64,000 bases of DNA, taken from a virus. A program made the translations under genes and the position numbers. This document shows, piece by piece, positions 8,980 to 18,223 of this stretch; position 1 is the stretch's first letter; every line of letters starts with the position of its first letter. Below the pieces are notes generated by a model, which searched no databases, was not told the DNA's origin, and saw only the letters and a list, made by a program, of their open reading frames with translations. The stretch covers positions 6,280-70,279 of IMG/VR virus record IMGVR_UViG_3300033148_002257. One strand, given 5' to 3'.

Positions 8980-9428
8980 ATAGAAACGTCGAGATCGGTG
9001 AACTGAAATACGAGTTGTATCGTACCATAGAACAGGAGAAATGTACGATGAGTGAAGATCTGTTGGGTGGGTGTCAGAAAAGGGTTGGACATTATCACGC
9101 TGAAGGTCCGGAAGCTGAGACGGTAGAGTTAATTTGCGGGTTTAACTGTCGCTGTTTCGAGTGCGCAAAGAAGAAGAACGCCCAGATCACCGAACTGGAA
9201 AAGGCGCTGGCGAAAATAGACGAGGAGTATATCGGCCCTGACGAGACTTACGACCCGTATATGACATGGTCTGAGTTAGCTGTTGAGAACGGACGGTTAG
9301 ATGCTGAGATTGCAAAGCTACGATATAAAATGGCCCAGTTTGCAACGTGCATTGATTTTACAAAATATACCGCTAACCATCTTTTGATGGCGATAGACAA
9401 AACAAAAGGAAGAAATGATAATGGATGA
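8976..9428 (+). CDS. hypothetical coiled-coil/zinc protein (alternative start 9048)
   Basis: GGCQKR...CFECAKKKN, paralogous to 9648-9953. Confidence 0.55.
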   Translation: MNRNVEIGELKYELYRTIEQEKCTMSEDLLGGCQKRVGHYHAEGPEAETVELICGFNCRCFECAKKKNAQITELEKALAKIDEEYIGPDETYDPYMTWSELAVENGRLDAEIAKLRYKMAQFATCIDFTKYTANHLLMAIDKTKGRNDNG

Positions 9429-9627
9429 TATACACGACATTTCAGTAACTGAAACCAAACTCAAAGATACAATACTAGCTTTACAACAAGAGATTGCAGA
9501 GTTGCGAGACGCAGTGGCTTGGTTAAAAGGTCCAGAAGGTTGGTACAGCGGACACCCTGCCGATACGTTGTTGGCAGTATATAGAAGAGAAAAAAGAGTG
9601 GAGAAAAATGTTAAGACAGAAACATAA
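9415..9627 (+). CDS. hypothetical coiled-coil protein
   Basis: RBS AAAGGA; operon packing. Confidence 0.5.
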   Translation: MIMDDIHDISVTETKLKDTILALQQEIAELRDAVAWLKGPEGWYSGHPADTLLAVYRREKRVEKNVKTET

Positions 9628-9647
9628 TTACAGAAAAGGAGAAAGTT

Positions 9648-9953
9648 ATGACACAAATAGATAATCCTTTAGATGGATGTCGAAAACATGCCATTTCGGT
9701 ATTGGCAATAACTAATGATCGATTAGAACTGGCATGGGTTAATCTCGATGACACGGATACAATAACAAAACATATGAGTCTAGGCCGATGCGGTGATGGT
9801 GATGTTGGATTGTGTCCTATCTGTGCAAAGAAAAAGAACAAGGCACTAACAAAAACAGATTCAGTATCTATTGACATATTTGAAGATTCAGTATCCGTTG
9901 ACGTATCTGAACCGAAAACTGAATCTACAGAGTTAGAGGACGCAGTAGATTGA
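9648..9953 (+). CDS. hypothetical zinc protein, paralog of 9048-9428
   Basis: DGCRKH...CPICAKKKN. Confidence 0.55.
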   Translation: MTQIDNPLDGCRKHAISVLAITNDRLELAWVNLDDTDTITKHMSLGRCGDGDVGLCPICAKKKNKALTKTDSVSIDIFEDSVSVDVSEPKTESTELEDAVD

Positions 9954-10118
9954 TTTGGATGATTAGAGCTTGCAATATTAATGCCAGAGGTGATGTCGGA
10001 AATCCCAACTACTATGCGTAATAACCACTCGATGTCACCTTTGGCTATATATCTGGTTGTATATCTGAACGTAACTGGTTTTTGGCAGTATATAAAGAGA
10101 ACAAAAAGAGGTACAACG

Positions 10119-10313
10119 ATGGCTGATATATGGCGACAGACGCCTGTACGTGACGCAATATCTAGACTAAAAACAGAAATAGATTATGCTTATAGTTTAG
10201 TAATAGACTCTTATGAAGCTAAACTAAAAGATAGAGCAGATATGTTGGTGTATTGGAGGCAACGTGCAATAGAAGCTGAAAAACGTCTAGAACCAGAAGA
10301 AGGAGACAAATAA
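10119..10313 (+). CDS. hypothetical protein
   Basis: GAGGT RBS before ATG 10119; TAATG coupling. Confidence 0.5.
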   Translation: MADIWRQTPVRDAISRLKTEIDYAYSLVIDSYEAKLKDRADMLVYWRQRAIEAEKRLEPEEGDK

Positions 10314-10582
10314 TGCCATATATAGCACAGTATAGACGTGACGAAATAGACGTTGCACTTGACCCTTTACTCAATGTATTAGCAAACAACGAATTAGCAG
10401 AGATAGGAGATATAGTTTATGTAATATACAGAATTGTAAAAGAGATGTATGGTAACAGTGTTAGATTTTCTAACAAAGTACAGGGTATAACAGCGTTAGA
10501 ATCTGCAAAACTAGAGTATTATCGTCGTGTGATGGTGTCTCATGAAAACGAAGCTATAGAAAGAAACGGAGATATAGACTAA
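10313..10582 (+). CDS. conserved phage protein (MPYI...KLEYYRR...NGD family, DUF6899-like)
   Basis: Recognisable MPYI, LESAKLEYYRR and ERNGDI motifs. Confidence 0.7.
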   Translation: MPYIAQYRRDEIDVALDPLLNVLANNELAEIGDIVYVIYRIVKEMYGNSVRFSNKVQGITALESAKLEYYRRVMVSHENEAIERNGDID

Positions 10583-10640
10583 TGAACCGACAACCTTAAT
10601 ATAAGAGTAAAGATATATAAAAAAAGGGGGAAAGACTAAC

Positions 10641-10892
10641 ATGGCAAATAACAGAAAGAAAAAATCCAAACAGCCAACCAATCCAACGCCAACAGCGTGT
10701 AAAGATTGTCGACATATGTTGCCAAAATATAGAATAGTTAATGCTGTTGATAAAGATGAAATAGATTATCAGTGTGCTGCAAAGTTGCGACCTATAACGT
10801 TTAACGCTATAACGGGACAGAACGAGTTAGGTGAATATCCGTTGTGTAAAGATGTGAATGATGGCAAATGCGAGTTGTTTGAGAGGAAATAA
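10641..10892 (+). CDS. small cysteine-rich phage protein
   Basis: CKDCRH...C...C...NDGKCELF. Confidence 0.6.
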   Translation: MANNRKKKSKQPTNPTPTACKDCRHMLPKYRIVNAVDKDEIDYQCAAKLRPITFNAITGQNELGEYPLCKDVNDGKCELFERK

Positions 10893-10898
10893 CGGGTT

Positions 10899-11192
10899 AT
10901 GGTACAGGTTATAGTAAACGTTAACGGGGTTGTAGTAGCTAGTGTTGACATTACACAGACTAAAAGTAGTAATATAACCACTAATGATATAAGAAAAGGT
11001 GAACGCGAATATAATATAACTGCTATTCAACATTATACAACACACCACACATTAACGCATTGTTTAGAGAACAAAAACGAACCTAAAATAGATCAAATAA
11101 ACGTTGTATTACAAAGAGAACAGGGATATTATCTAACGTCACCGTTAGAGTTTGTATATATAGCGATTGGGAAAGTGTTAGGAGTGGGATAG
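10899..11192 (+). CDS. hypothetical protein
   Basis: ORF in the operon, coding-like composition. Confidence 0.5.
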   Translation: MVQVIVNVNGVVVASVDITQTKSSNITTNDIRKGEREYNITAIQHYTTHHTLTHCLENKNEPKIDQINVVLQREQGYYLTSPLEFVYIAIGKVLGVG

Positions 11193-11224
11193 ATAAAAAG
11201 GATGAGTGTGTATGAGATAGATGT

Positions 11225-11300
11225 ATTGCGGTGAGGTATGGTTCGGTGGGGTGAGGTAGGGTTGGGTCGGGTAAGGTGCGGTTTAGGTCAATTCGGTAGT
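11225..11300 (+). repeat. degenerate G/T-rich pentamer tract
   Basis: GCGGT GAGGT ATGGT TCGGT GGGGT GAGGT AGGGT TGGGT CGGGT AAGGT GCGGT. Confidence 0.8.
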
Positions 11301-11330
11301 ATAAGCTAAAAACAAGGTAAAAACATACAT

Positions 11331-11636
11331 ATGCCACGATTACATTATAAACATGAAAAAAGTATATCTCTTACAGATGCACGTGACATGGGACTGGAAA
11401 TCTTTTACGCTATCCGTCGTCGTGACCCGCATCTTAGCGTTAATGCATGTAACTGGTGGTGGCCTGACATAGGATGGTGCGTTGTACCGATGTTGTTCAA
11501 CTACGAAGACGATGCACGACAGTTTATGCAAGAGGCGATAGACGAAGATATTATAGACGACGCTATAGTTGTGCCGGCGTTTGCACCGTTACGGAAATCT
11601 AAAGAGAATGTGGATGTAACCGGAAAAATAAAGTAA
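11331..11636 (+). CDS. hypothetical protein
   Basis: RBS AAGGT; ORF in the operon. Confidence 0.5.
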   Translation: MPRLHYKHEKSISLTDARDMGLEIFYAIRRRDPHLSVNACNWWWPDIGWCVVPMLFNYEDDARQFMQEAIDEDIIDDAIVVPAFAPLRKSKENVDVTGKIK

Positions 11637-11661
11637 AGTACAGTGAAAGGTACAGATAACA

Positions 11662-12108
11662 ATGATAGCGCCAGATAACAAAACCACCGATAGCGAGTTG
11701 GTAGACGCTGCAAAACGGGTAATCGAACTTGCATCTCCAATAGTTCAAGGGTCTACAATCGACACAGAAATCCGAGAGAAAGCTAAAGATATAGAAAAAG
11801 ATGCTATACAACTTCAACAAAAGATGTTAGACCTTAAAGGCGATATGAACGATAGAGAACGTATACTCGAAACACGTGTAAAAGTTAAGGTAGACGAGTA
11901 TACGTGGTGTGAAGAGACCCTTTACATTATAGAGGATTTGTTGTATAGTATAGAGAGAATAATCAGCGGTATACGAACGTTACCGTTACAGAATATACCG
12001 AGTAAGAGACAGGATATATCAAGTAAGAGACAGATAACAAAACATGACGAATATAAAGGAGTCCAGTATGACAAGAGAACAACAGCCAAACTGGGAAACG
12101 TTACTTGA
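11662..12108 (+). CDS. hypothetical coiled-coil protein
   Basis: RBS AAAGGT; helical composition. Confidence 0.55.
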   Translation: MIAPDNKTTDSELVDAAKRVIELASPIVQGSTIDTEIREKAKDIEKDAIQLQQKMLDLKGDMNDRERILETRVKVKVDEYTWCEETLYIIEDLLYSIERIISGIRTLPLQNIPSKRQDISSKRQITKHDEYKGVQYDKRTTAKLGNVT

Positions 12109-12253
12109 AGATCGACAAAGAACAGACCCAGTACCAGGACTGGGATACCCGCAAGTTGTACCGGAAGAAGAAGACGTTGACAAATTAGGTAGCAGCGACT
12201 GGTACGAAAATCCAGTTAGTAAAAAGTCTAGAAGCATGAGTTCGACGTGTTAG
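12068..12253 (+). CDS. hypothetical protein
   Basis: AAGGAG RBS before ATG 12068. Confidence 0.45.
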   Translation: MTREQQPNWETLLEDRQRTDPVPGLGYPQVVPEEEDVDKLGSSDWYENPVSKKSRSMSSTC

Positions 12254-12269
12254 ATTATATAACTATAGA

Positions 12270-12335
12270 ATCATACCACACCTTACCATACCCAACCACA
12301 CTTAACCATACCATACCCAACCTAACTACACCATA
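12270..12335 (-). repeat. degenerate pentamer tract (ACCNN on +) at the convergence of the two transcription units
   Basis: ACCAC ACCTT ACCAT ACCCA ACCAC ACTTA ACCAT ACCAT ACCCA ACCTA. Confidence 0.75.
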
Positions 12336-12354
12336 TTTTTTTGTCAAATCCCGT

Positions 12355-13956
12355 TCACCATACCGCGTCCCGCCACCATTTAGGCGCTATACTCGGATAC
12401 CTACCTAACGTTTCAACCGCTTGCTGGTCTAATATATACGTTACACACCAATCATCTTTGCTACGCATCGCACGACCTGTACCCTGTACCAACGACATAA
12501 CCGCGCTGCTTTTATACCAATACGACCCCAGTTTTCCGCTCCATAACCGTTTTTCAGTCCGCTGATCGCCTCGACTCAAATATGGCATTTTAGCCCATAT
12601 AATAAACCGTGCATAGTCGTCTGGTAAATCTATCCCTCGTTCGCAACTGGGACTTATTAGTACTAACGGTTTGTTAGACGATTTAAATTTCTCTAACACA
12701 TCTATTTTGTTACGCGCATTATGAGTTATTATTCTATCTTTGTTCGCACCGTCTATGTTACGTACAATCTCTCGTGCAAGTTTATACGATACAGCATGTA
12801 TCAACCCTTTTTCGTTAGGATGATCATGTAATATGTCTCGTATAGCTATTACAACTTTCGGGATTTCGTCGTTAAACGTCTTTGCAGTTATATTAGCTAC
12901 AGGTCTCATATGTATAGGTCGTCGGTCTACGGGAAACGTACTGTCAATCTCTTTATAATCTATATCTCCTATAGGTATACCTAACAGTTTCGATAATACA
13001 GGTACAGGCGGCAGCGTCGCGCTCATTAACACAAACCTGTCCGCATGTCGCCAGAAATACTGGTACGCTAACTTTTCTGTCAACCATAACGGACTAAACG
13101 TCCATCGTGTACCGTACACTTTACTAACATGTTCTTCCATAATCCACGTTTCATCTACATATAACAAAAACAACGATAACTGACGTAACAGACTTTCTAT
13201 CCGATGTTTTTGACGTAACGCTTTTATATGTTCCTCTCCAAACTCGTCTTCTTGACTGTCTTCTAATATATGTTTAACCGTTACTAACTTCCTTCTAACA
13301 CTATCCTGCGCTTTTTCAGCCCACATTTTCCATTCCGCTAACCCGTTTTTAGCTGTAGGATTCTTATATTTAGGTAAATCCAATTTAAACATCTTTAACT
13401 GGCCAGACGTTATATTTAATCCTATAAACCCCGATAACAAACTCTCTATCATATCCGCTTCGTCACATATTATTAACGGTAACCCGCTAAACCGTCCGAC
13501 ATAGTTACATTCGTATAAATAATAACTGTAGTTTAGTATACGTAATGGTGCGTTTAATACTCTACGTTTAGCTGTTCTATACTCACATTCGTCAATATAT
13601 TCGCACGGTCGATGACTGCTATGTGTACATTCCGCCGCTGTCAACATAGGATGTGCAGTACAAGGATAATTGTTCCGACCCCATAACTTTTCCGCCTCCC
13701 CGAAATCCTCTATAATCTGGTTCTGAAGACTTTTGCTATGACACAAATATACCATATTCTTCTTTATAGCGCCACTACACATACCTATAAGCGATTTACC
13801 AGACCCTGTAGGTGCAGATAAAGCTACGACAGGTTTGTTTGACGATAATATAAAATCTATAGCTTCTGACTGATATTCACGAAAAGGTTTGTCTCGAAAA
13901 CTGGCAAAAGAGGCCTTAGCGCGGTTCATAGATTCAATGTCTGTTATCTGACACAT
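12355..13956 (-). CDS. DinG/XPD-family SF2 helicase with probable Fe-S cluster
   Basis: APTGSGKS, four-Cys cluster after GRNNYPC, ILNYSY, DEAD, MSATL, ERGIDLPDD, QGTGRAMRSKDD. Confidence 0.9.
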   Translation of the reverse strand: MCQITDIESMNRAKASFASFRDKPFREYQSEAIDFILSSNKPVVALSAPTGSGKSLIGMCSGAIKKNMVYLCHSKSLQNQIIEDFGEAEKLWGRNNYPCTAHPMLTAAECTHSSHRPCEYIDECEYRTAKRRVLNAPLRILNYSYYLYECNYVGRFSGLPLIICDEADMIESLLSGFIGLNITSGQLKMFKLDLPKYKNPTAKNGLAEWKMWAEKAQDSVRRKLVTVKHILEDSQEDEFGEEHIKALRQKHRIESLLRQLSLFLLYVDETWIMEEHVSKVYGTRWTFSPLWLTEKLAYQYFWRHADRFVLMSATLPPVPVLSKLLGIPIGDIDYKEIDSTFPVDRRPIHMRPVANITAKTFNDEIPKVVIAIRDILHDHPNEKGLIHAVSYKLAREIVRNIDGANKDRIITHNARNKIDVLEKFKSSNKPLVLISPSCERGIDLPDDYARFIIWAKMPYLSRGDQRTEKRLWSGKLGSYWYKSSAVMSLVQGTGRAMRSKDDWCVTYILDQQAVETLGRYPSIAPKWWRDAVW

Positions 13957-14425
13957 GGTCTAACCCCAAATTTGCGTTATCAGTCTCTTCCCTTACCTTA
14001 CCCCTTATCTCGACCGAGTTTGTCGTTTTTCTATAGCAAGAACGGGCCTTTTTAAGATTCTGGGCCATTCTCTCACGCTGTTCAGATGTCATTGTACGTT
14101 TGTATTCTTCTGGCGTACCGAGTCGCCATTTCCAGGACGGACAATCTTTAGCTGGACATAACTTCACTTCCCGCGCACTTTCACAGCAACACCAGAGACA
14201 ATGCCGCCTTATCGCCTGTCGAGGACTATATCGTGCACCGCAAATCTCGCCCAGCCATTCCTTCGGACGGTGTCCCATACGATACGGCCATAACGCACAC
14301 CATGTAAAATTACATTCCCGTACCCGTTTCGGACTGAATCCTACACAGTCTAAACATTGTTGTCGAATTATCCATAACGGGCTACGTTGCGAATCCGTCA
14401 TTAGTTTATTCCTTTTCTCCGTCAT
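13934..14425 (-). CDS. protein with two tandem Cys-rich zinc domains
   Basis: IRQQCLDC...VREC...CALWPYRMG repeated as IRRHCLWC...VKLC...CPSWKWRLG. Confidence 0.7.
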   Translation of the reverse strand: MTEKRNKLMTDSQRSPLWIIRQQCLDCVGFSPKRVRECNFTWCALWPYRMGHRPKEWLGEICGARYSPRQAIRRHCLWCCCESAREVKLCPAKDCPSWKWRLGTPEEYKRTMTSEQRERMAQNLKKARSCYRKTTNSVEIRGKVREETDNANLGLDHVSDNRH

Positions 14426-14429
14426 TGGT

Positions 14430-16484
14430 TCATAACTTTAACATTCTCTGTCGCGTATTCTCTTTAATACGAATACACGCTAACTCAAAGTATTCTTCAT
14501 CCTTTTCAATACCAATAAACTTGCGACCTGTATTATGTGCTGCAATTCCAGTTGTACCGCTACCCATAAACGGGTCAAGTACTATACCACCAGTAGGCGT
14601 AGACGTGAGACGACATAGCCATTCCATCAAGGCTATAGGTTTTACAGTTGGATGCGTATTACGTCGTAACGTTTTACCCCGCTGATAGGCGTTGTCAATA
14701 GGTTTCTGTCGTCCGTCATCAGTCGTGTCAGCAGGTATCCCGTTCAACCCAGCGTTTCGTTCCGCGCTGGATGCTTTACTTTGATAGCTGAACCTCGTCG
14801 GGCCGTGTGCGATTTCCATTTCGTTTATTAGGGTGGAGTTTAGCATGGCATTTTGCACATAGCCAAACCACAACTTCAGGTTCGGTATAGTCGGGATGGT
14901 GTCGATGTTGCCCCAATTTTCCGCACATAACACAAGGCTCTGGTATAGGATTCGCTTTTTGTGCTCGCTGATAGAAACCTTGCCAAGTTCGGAATCCGGG
15001 TCTTGGCCTCGCTTGATTGCTACAAGACTTCGAGCAATAGCGGTTGCGCATAAGTCGCACAGGTTTCCCACAGACTTCACAGCGCGGGCGATCTTTTCGT
15101 CTTGCGTCATGGGCACATTGTGCCGAGCAATACTTTTGGTGGTTTCCTGCATAGGCAATGAAATGCTTTCCACATTGTGGACAGACTCCCTCAATTTGCC
15201 CGATTTGCCCCCTTCGTCTTGCAGTATCTTTTCCAGCACAGGAATATGAACAGAACTGTTGTCTTCTTCGTTTGGGAATAAATTCTCTTTGGCAGACTGG
15301 GCATTGCATAATAACTCTCCTTTCTTTGTTGTGTTCATTATACCATGCCGTTGCCCCATTGTTAACCCACAAAGAACGCAACACATATCATGTTCAATCA
15401 CCTTAAAGAAACGTGACGCGCCACCAGTGTCATTAAAATGAGTACCACTCTTGATGTTATGGGCAATATGCACAGGGTTGTTGTTGTTGCTATTATCCCA
15501 GTCATATCCACTAGGAACAGATATGCTTGTTCCACTCTGCTCATCCAACATCCGTACCGGACATTCTGCATAACACACCCCGCCCTCGACACATTCGGGA
15601 TGATGCGACAACAACACGTTCGCAGGCCAACGACCCTGCTCAGAACCAACATACTGTGTGTTTCCGCCAACATCCCCCATCTGCCACGGGCGCTTGCCTT
15701 TACCAAAACCACCAGAACGCAAGTCGGTTGTCTCTATCCGCGTGCTATCAATCGCCAACCCAGCAACCCCCCACTTTTCCGCGTTCTGCGCATACGTCCC
15801 GTCTAACGGTTTCATCGCAAGCACAATCGGTTCATAGTGTGGCTTCAAAGCCGTGCCCCAGCCAGACCACAGCTTTGCGACGTCTGTAGCAGGGGCGGTT
15901 GACATATACTCCCCGCCAGCAAAATCCCCAGCCATTGAATGCCGTTTACTTCCAGACTTGCCAGCAACACCAACCACTCTCCGCTTAGCCCCCGCCGCTC
16001 GATCAATCCCTTTACTAATATCGTACGATTTCGGGAAGCCACTACCATATACCCACATGAGCGTATCGCGTATCTGCCATCCCGCATCTTCAACCGCGCA
16101 TGTGAGTCTATGACTCGTTCTTGTACCTCCAAACGCTACCAACATCGCGCCAGGTTTCGCTACACGCAAACATTCACGTGCCCATGTATAACACCATTCC
16201 TGAAACTCGTTGTTACGAGAATAATCATACGCGCCAGCATCTGCTGCATTGCCCCAAGCTACTACTTTTCTACCGTCAGTCCGAGGTTGTCGTTTTTTAT
16301 CAGATTCACGTCGTTTATTAAGATACTCTTGTTGAAACGTATCCCATGCCATACTTAGGAATCCAAGTCCATACGGAGGATCGCAAATTACGCTGTCAAC
16401 ACTGTTCTCTGGTAACTCCTGCAACACGTCCAGACAGTCACCTTGATATAACGTACACTCGCCGATATCAACACTCTTTGCCAT
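14430..16484 (-). CDS. DNA methyltransferase (N4/N6, beta class) with a ~200-aa internal insertion
   Basis: GDCLDVL, DPPY, VYGSGFPKS, GRWPAN, HPTVKP, LDPFMGSGTTG. Confidence 0.9.
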   Translation of the reverse strand: MAKSVDIGECTLYQGDCLDVLQELPENSVDSVICDPPYGLGFLSMAWDTFQQEYLNKRRESDKKRQPRTDGRKVVAWGNAADAGAYDYSRNNEFQEWCYTWARECLRVAKPGAMLVAFGGTRTSHRLTCAVEDAGWQIRDTLMWVYGSGFPKSYDISKGIDRAAGAKRRVVGVAGKSGSKRHSMAGDFAGGEYMSTAPATDVAKLWSGWGTALKPHYEPIVLAMKPLDGTYAQNAEKWGVAGLAIDSTRIETTDLRSGGFGKGKRPWQMGDVGGNTQYVGSEQGRWPANVLLSHHPECVEGGVCYAECPVRMLDEQSGTSISVPSGYDWDNSNNNNPVHIAHNIKSGTHFNDTGGASRFFKVIEHDMCCVLCGLTMGQRHGIMNTTKKGELLCNAQSAKENLFPNEEDNSSVHIPVLEKILQDEGGKSGKLRESVHNVESISLPMQETTKSIARHNVPMTQDEKIARAVKSVGNLCDLCATAIARSLVAIKRGQDPDSELGKVSISEHKKRILYQSLVLCAENWGNIDTIPTIPNLKLWFGYVQNAMLNSTLINEMEIAHGPTRFSYQSKASSAERNAGLNGIPADTTDDGRQKPIDNAYQRGKTLRRNTHPTVKPIALMEWLCRLTSTPTGGIVLDPFMGSGTTGIAAHNTGRKFIGIEKDEEYFELACIRIKENTRQRMLKL
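14776..15309 (-). CDS. HNH homing endonuclease with three CxxC...CSxxC zinc repeats, nested in an alternate frame of the methyltransferase
   Basis: CPVC/CSYSC, CPQC/CSAQC, CEVC/CSKSC, then CVMC...HRHHPDY...WLCAKCHAKLH; AAAGGAG RBS. Confidence 0.85.
   Translation of the reverse strand: MQCPVCQREFIPKRRRQQFCSYSCAGKDTARRRGQIGQIEGVCPQCGKHFIAYAGNHQKYCSAQCAHDARRKDRPRCEVCGKPVRLMRNRYCSKSCSNQARPRPGFRTWQGFYQRAQKANPIPEPCVMCGKLGQHRHHPDYTEPEVVVWLCAKCHAKLHPNKRNGNRTRPDEVQLSK
15337..15365 (-). promoter_or_regulatory. internal sigma70 promoter driving the nested HNH
   Basis: TTAACA-17 nt-TATAAT with TG extension, ~28 nt upstream of the HNH ATG. Confidence 0.75.
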
Positions 16485-16833
16485 TCCCCAAACCTCTAAC
16501 CCTATTAGCATCACACATTACACAATCTTCACCTACACGAGACATTAAAACGCCATCTTTAATTACATTTCTACATACAACACCCGTATCTTTACAATAA
16601 ACGCACGTATGCCCTTCTCTATAACTACGTTCTTTTAACTCGTCATAATGTTCATAAACAGTTACAGGATTATTTTCATCGTCATACTCATAAAACTCTA
16701 ACCGCCAATACGTCTGACATTCCATACAGAATAAACTGGGATTATGCGGTAAAGCAGACAAAACGTCGCCAATAACAGTCATATAATTTACTTCACCACA
16801 TTTAGGACAATAAACCTTAATAGCCATACTCAT
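16468..16833 (-). CDS. zinc-finger protein
   Basis: Four CxxC pairs. Confidence 0.6.
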   Translation of the reverse strand: MSMAIKVYCPKCGEVNYMTVIGDVLSALPHNPSLFCMECQTYWRLEFYEYDDENNPVTVYEHYDELKERSYREGHTCVYCKDTGVVCRNVIKDGVLMSRVGEDCVMCDANRVRGLGNGKEC

Positions 16834-17290
16834 TGTTAATACCTTTTATATTCTTAAATATATAGGCCATATCCTGTACTATACTTTCAACCCGTTCTTG
16901 AAACTCGTTTTCCAAAATATCGTTCATCTGTTTGTTGTTTTTGACATTTTCATCTATTACAAGCCATAACCGTCTTTTTACCCATTCAGTAAGTCCAGCA
17001 ACAAAAGTATGACACAATTCATGATACATATCTAATTGTTGATCTTTTATAGTAGTATCGAAAAACTTAGTATACAATACAATTTGTACCTGTCGATATT
17101 CAGGACGAAAAGTAATAGACGCGCAACTAGAAGGGTCTTCTTTAGATGGACCACCAGCACAATCTACAATAACTGAATAGACCCAAAATGGCAAATAATC
17201 TAATATAGGTTCTATAGCATCTTTTGCCATAGATTTCAGTTTTGTATTTTCAAAGAACCGATATTCAACGTCTGGCCTATTTTTTAACAT
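16817..17290 (-). CDS. putative zinc metallopeptidase-like protein
   Basis: HELCH (HExxH) plus a downstream Glu; AAAGGA RBS. Confidence 0.55.
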   Translation of the reverse strand: MLKNRPDVEYRFFENTKLKSMAKDAIEPILDYLPFWVYSVIVDCAGGPSKEDPSSCASITFRPEYRQVQIVLYTKFFDTTIKDQQLDMYHELCHTFVAGLTEWVKRRLWLVIDENVKNNKQMNDILENEFQERVESIVQDMAYIFKNIKGINNEYGY

Positions 17291-17319
17291 AATTCCGTTT
17301 CCTTTTATACCACTACTAC

Positions 17320-17486
17320 ACACACCGCACAGGTACACGCAACCACGCACTCCACGCAACCACGCATACACGACATCACGCAAATCTCCCTATATATATA
17401 AGATCAATACCTGCGTGTTGGTCGAAAAAAGTGCACGCAGTAATTATACACGCTTGCACGCAATCACGCAACCACGCATACACGCA
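17320..17486. repeat. clustered CACGCA repeats flanking an AT-rich TATATATA segment (iteron-like)
   Basis: CACGCAACCACGCATACACG occurs twice, plus several single CACGCA copies. Confidence 0.6.
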
Positions 17487-17565
17487 AAAGGTATAAGATA
17501 AAGCTGTAAGGCTGTGTAACGCGCTGTGACGCTTGAACTTATAACATGTCAGCCTCTTAACACCT

Positions 17566-18042
17566 TTAACCATTACTTAATATACGTCCTATTTCTGCTT
17601 TATTTTCCCATATCGCAGCTATAGCTTCTTCTTTGTTAGTTATGTTAGAATCATTGATATTCGATTCTAATTTAGCCAAATCTTTGTATAACTGCGCAAC
17701 ACGTTCTTTTTTTGCTAACTTGTTCATAATCTCTAAACGTTTCTTTAATTCCCCTATGTTTAATTCTGTATTATAATCTTCGTCTAATAAATGTAATATA
17801 ACCCATGTACCTATACATAATATAGACCTGTGTAAACTAGCTTTTGTTTTAAACCAGCCTTTAGGCGCTTTCTCTCTTACCTCTTCTAATATATCTATAT
17901 GCGCCTGTCGTACTCTATAATTAACGTTTACACTATGTCCTTTATCGTCCTGCGCTGGTACGCCAAACAACGCAAACTGTTCTAAATCCTGTTTTAAATG
18001 GTCCCAACTAATAGTCGCGTTTCGTGTTCCTTGCGTTTTCAT
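17566..18042 (-). CDS. putative ribbon-helix-helix DNA-binding protein
   Basis: VNVNYRV strand followed by helices and FKTKASLHRSIL. Confidence 0.4.
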   Translation of the reverse strand: MKTQGTRNATISWDHLKQDLEQFALFGVPAQDDKGHSVNVNYRVRQAHIDILEEVREKAPKGWFKTKASLHRSILCIGTWVILHLLDEDYNTELNIGELKKRLEIMNKLAKKERVAQLYKDLAKLESNINDSNITNKEEAIAAIWENKAEIGRILSNG

Positions 18043-18223
18043 CTCCTATTCTATCCTCCTTATCATTATAATCATCCGTTTCGTCATGCTGCTGTTCTTC
18101 ATCCGCTACCAACTGCTCGTCTGTCATACCGTCCATCCGATAAGGAGTCAGTCTACCGCATCGAAGACATATCTTCTGACCTACATGCCATATCGCACCA
18201 CATTTACATTCAAATTCACTCAT
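18008..18223 (-). CDS. small zinc-ribbon protein
   Basis: CKCG...CLRCG. Confidence 0.5.
   Translation of the reverse strand: MSEFECKCGAIWHVGQKICLRCGRLTPYRMDGMTDEQLVADEEQQHDETDDYNDKEDRIGDENARNTKRDY

Larger units (their letters stand above)
14776..15400 (-). mobile_element. promoter+RBS+HNH cassette inserted in the methyltransferase gene
   Basis: Lies between GGASRFF and TRFSYQSKAS, which in this MTase family are normally close to contiguous (SRFFYxAKAS). Confidence 0.65.

Noticed and set aside
3970-9250. Additional hammerheads at CTGACGA hits (~3974, ~9238)
   Set aside because: Inside coding sequence, without flanking stems or a matching GAAA core
14790-15410. Intein or self-splicing intron in the methyltransferase
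   Set aside because: No C/S-start Hint block or HN-C/S/T end in the MTase frame, and no recognisable group I/II core; the nuclease is in a different frame with its own promoter
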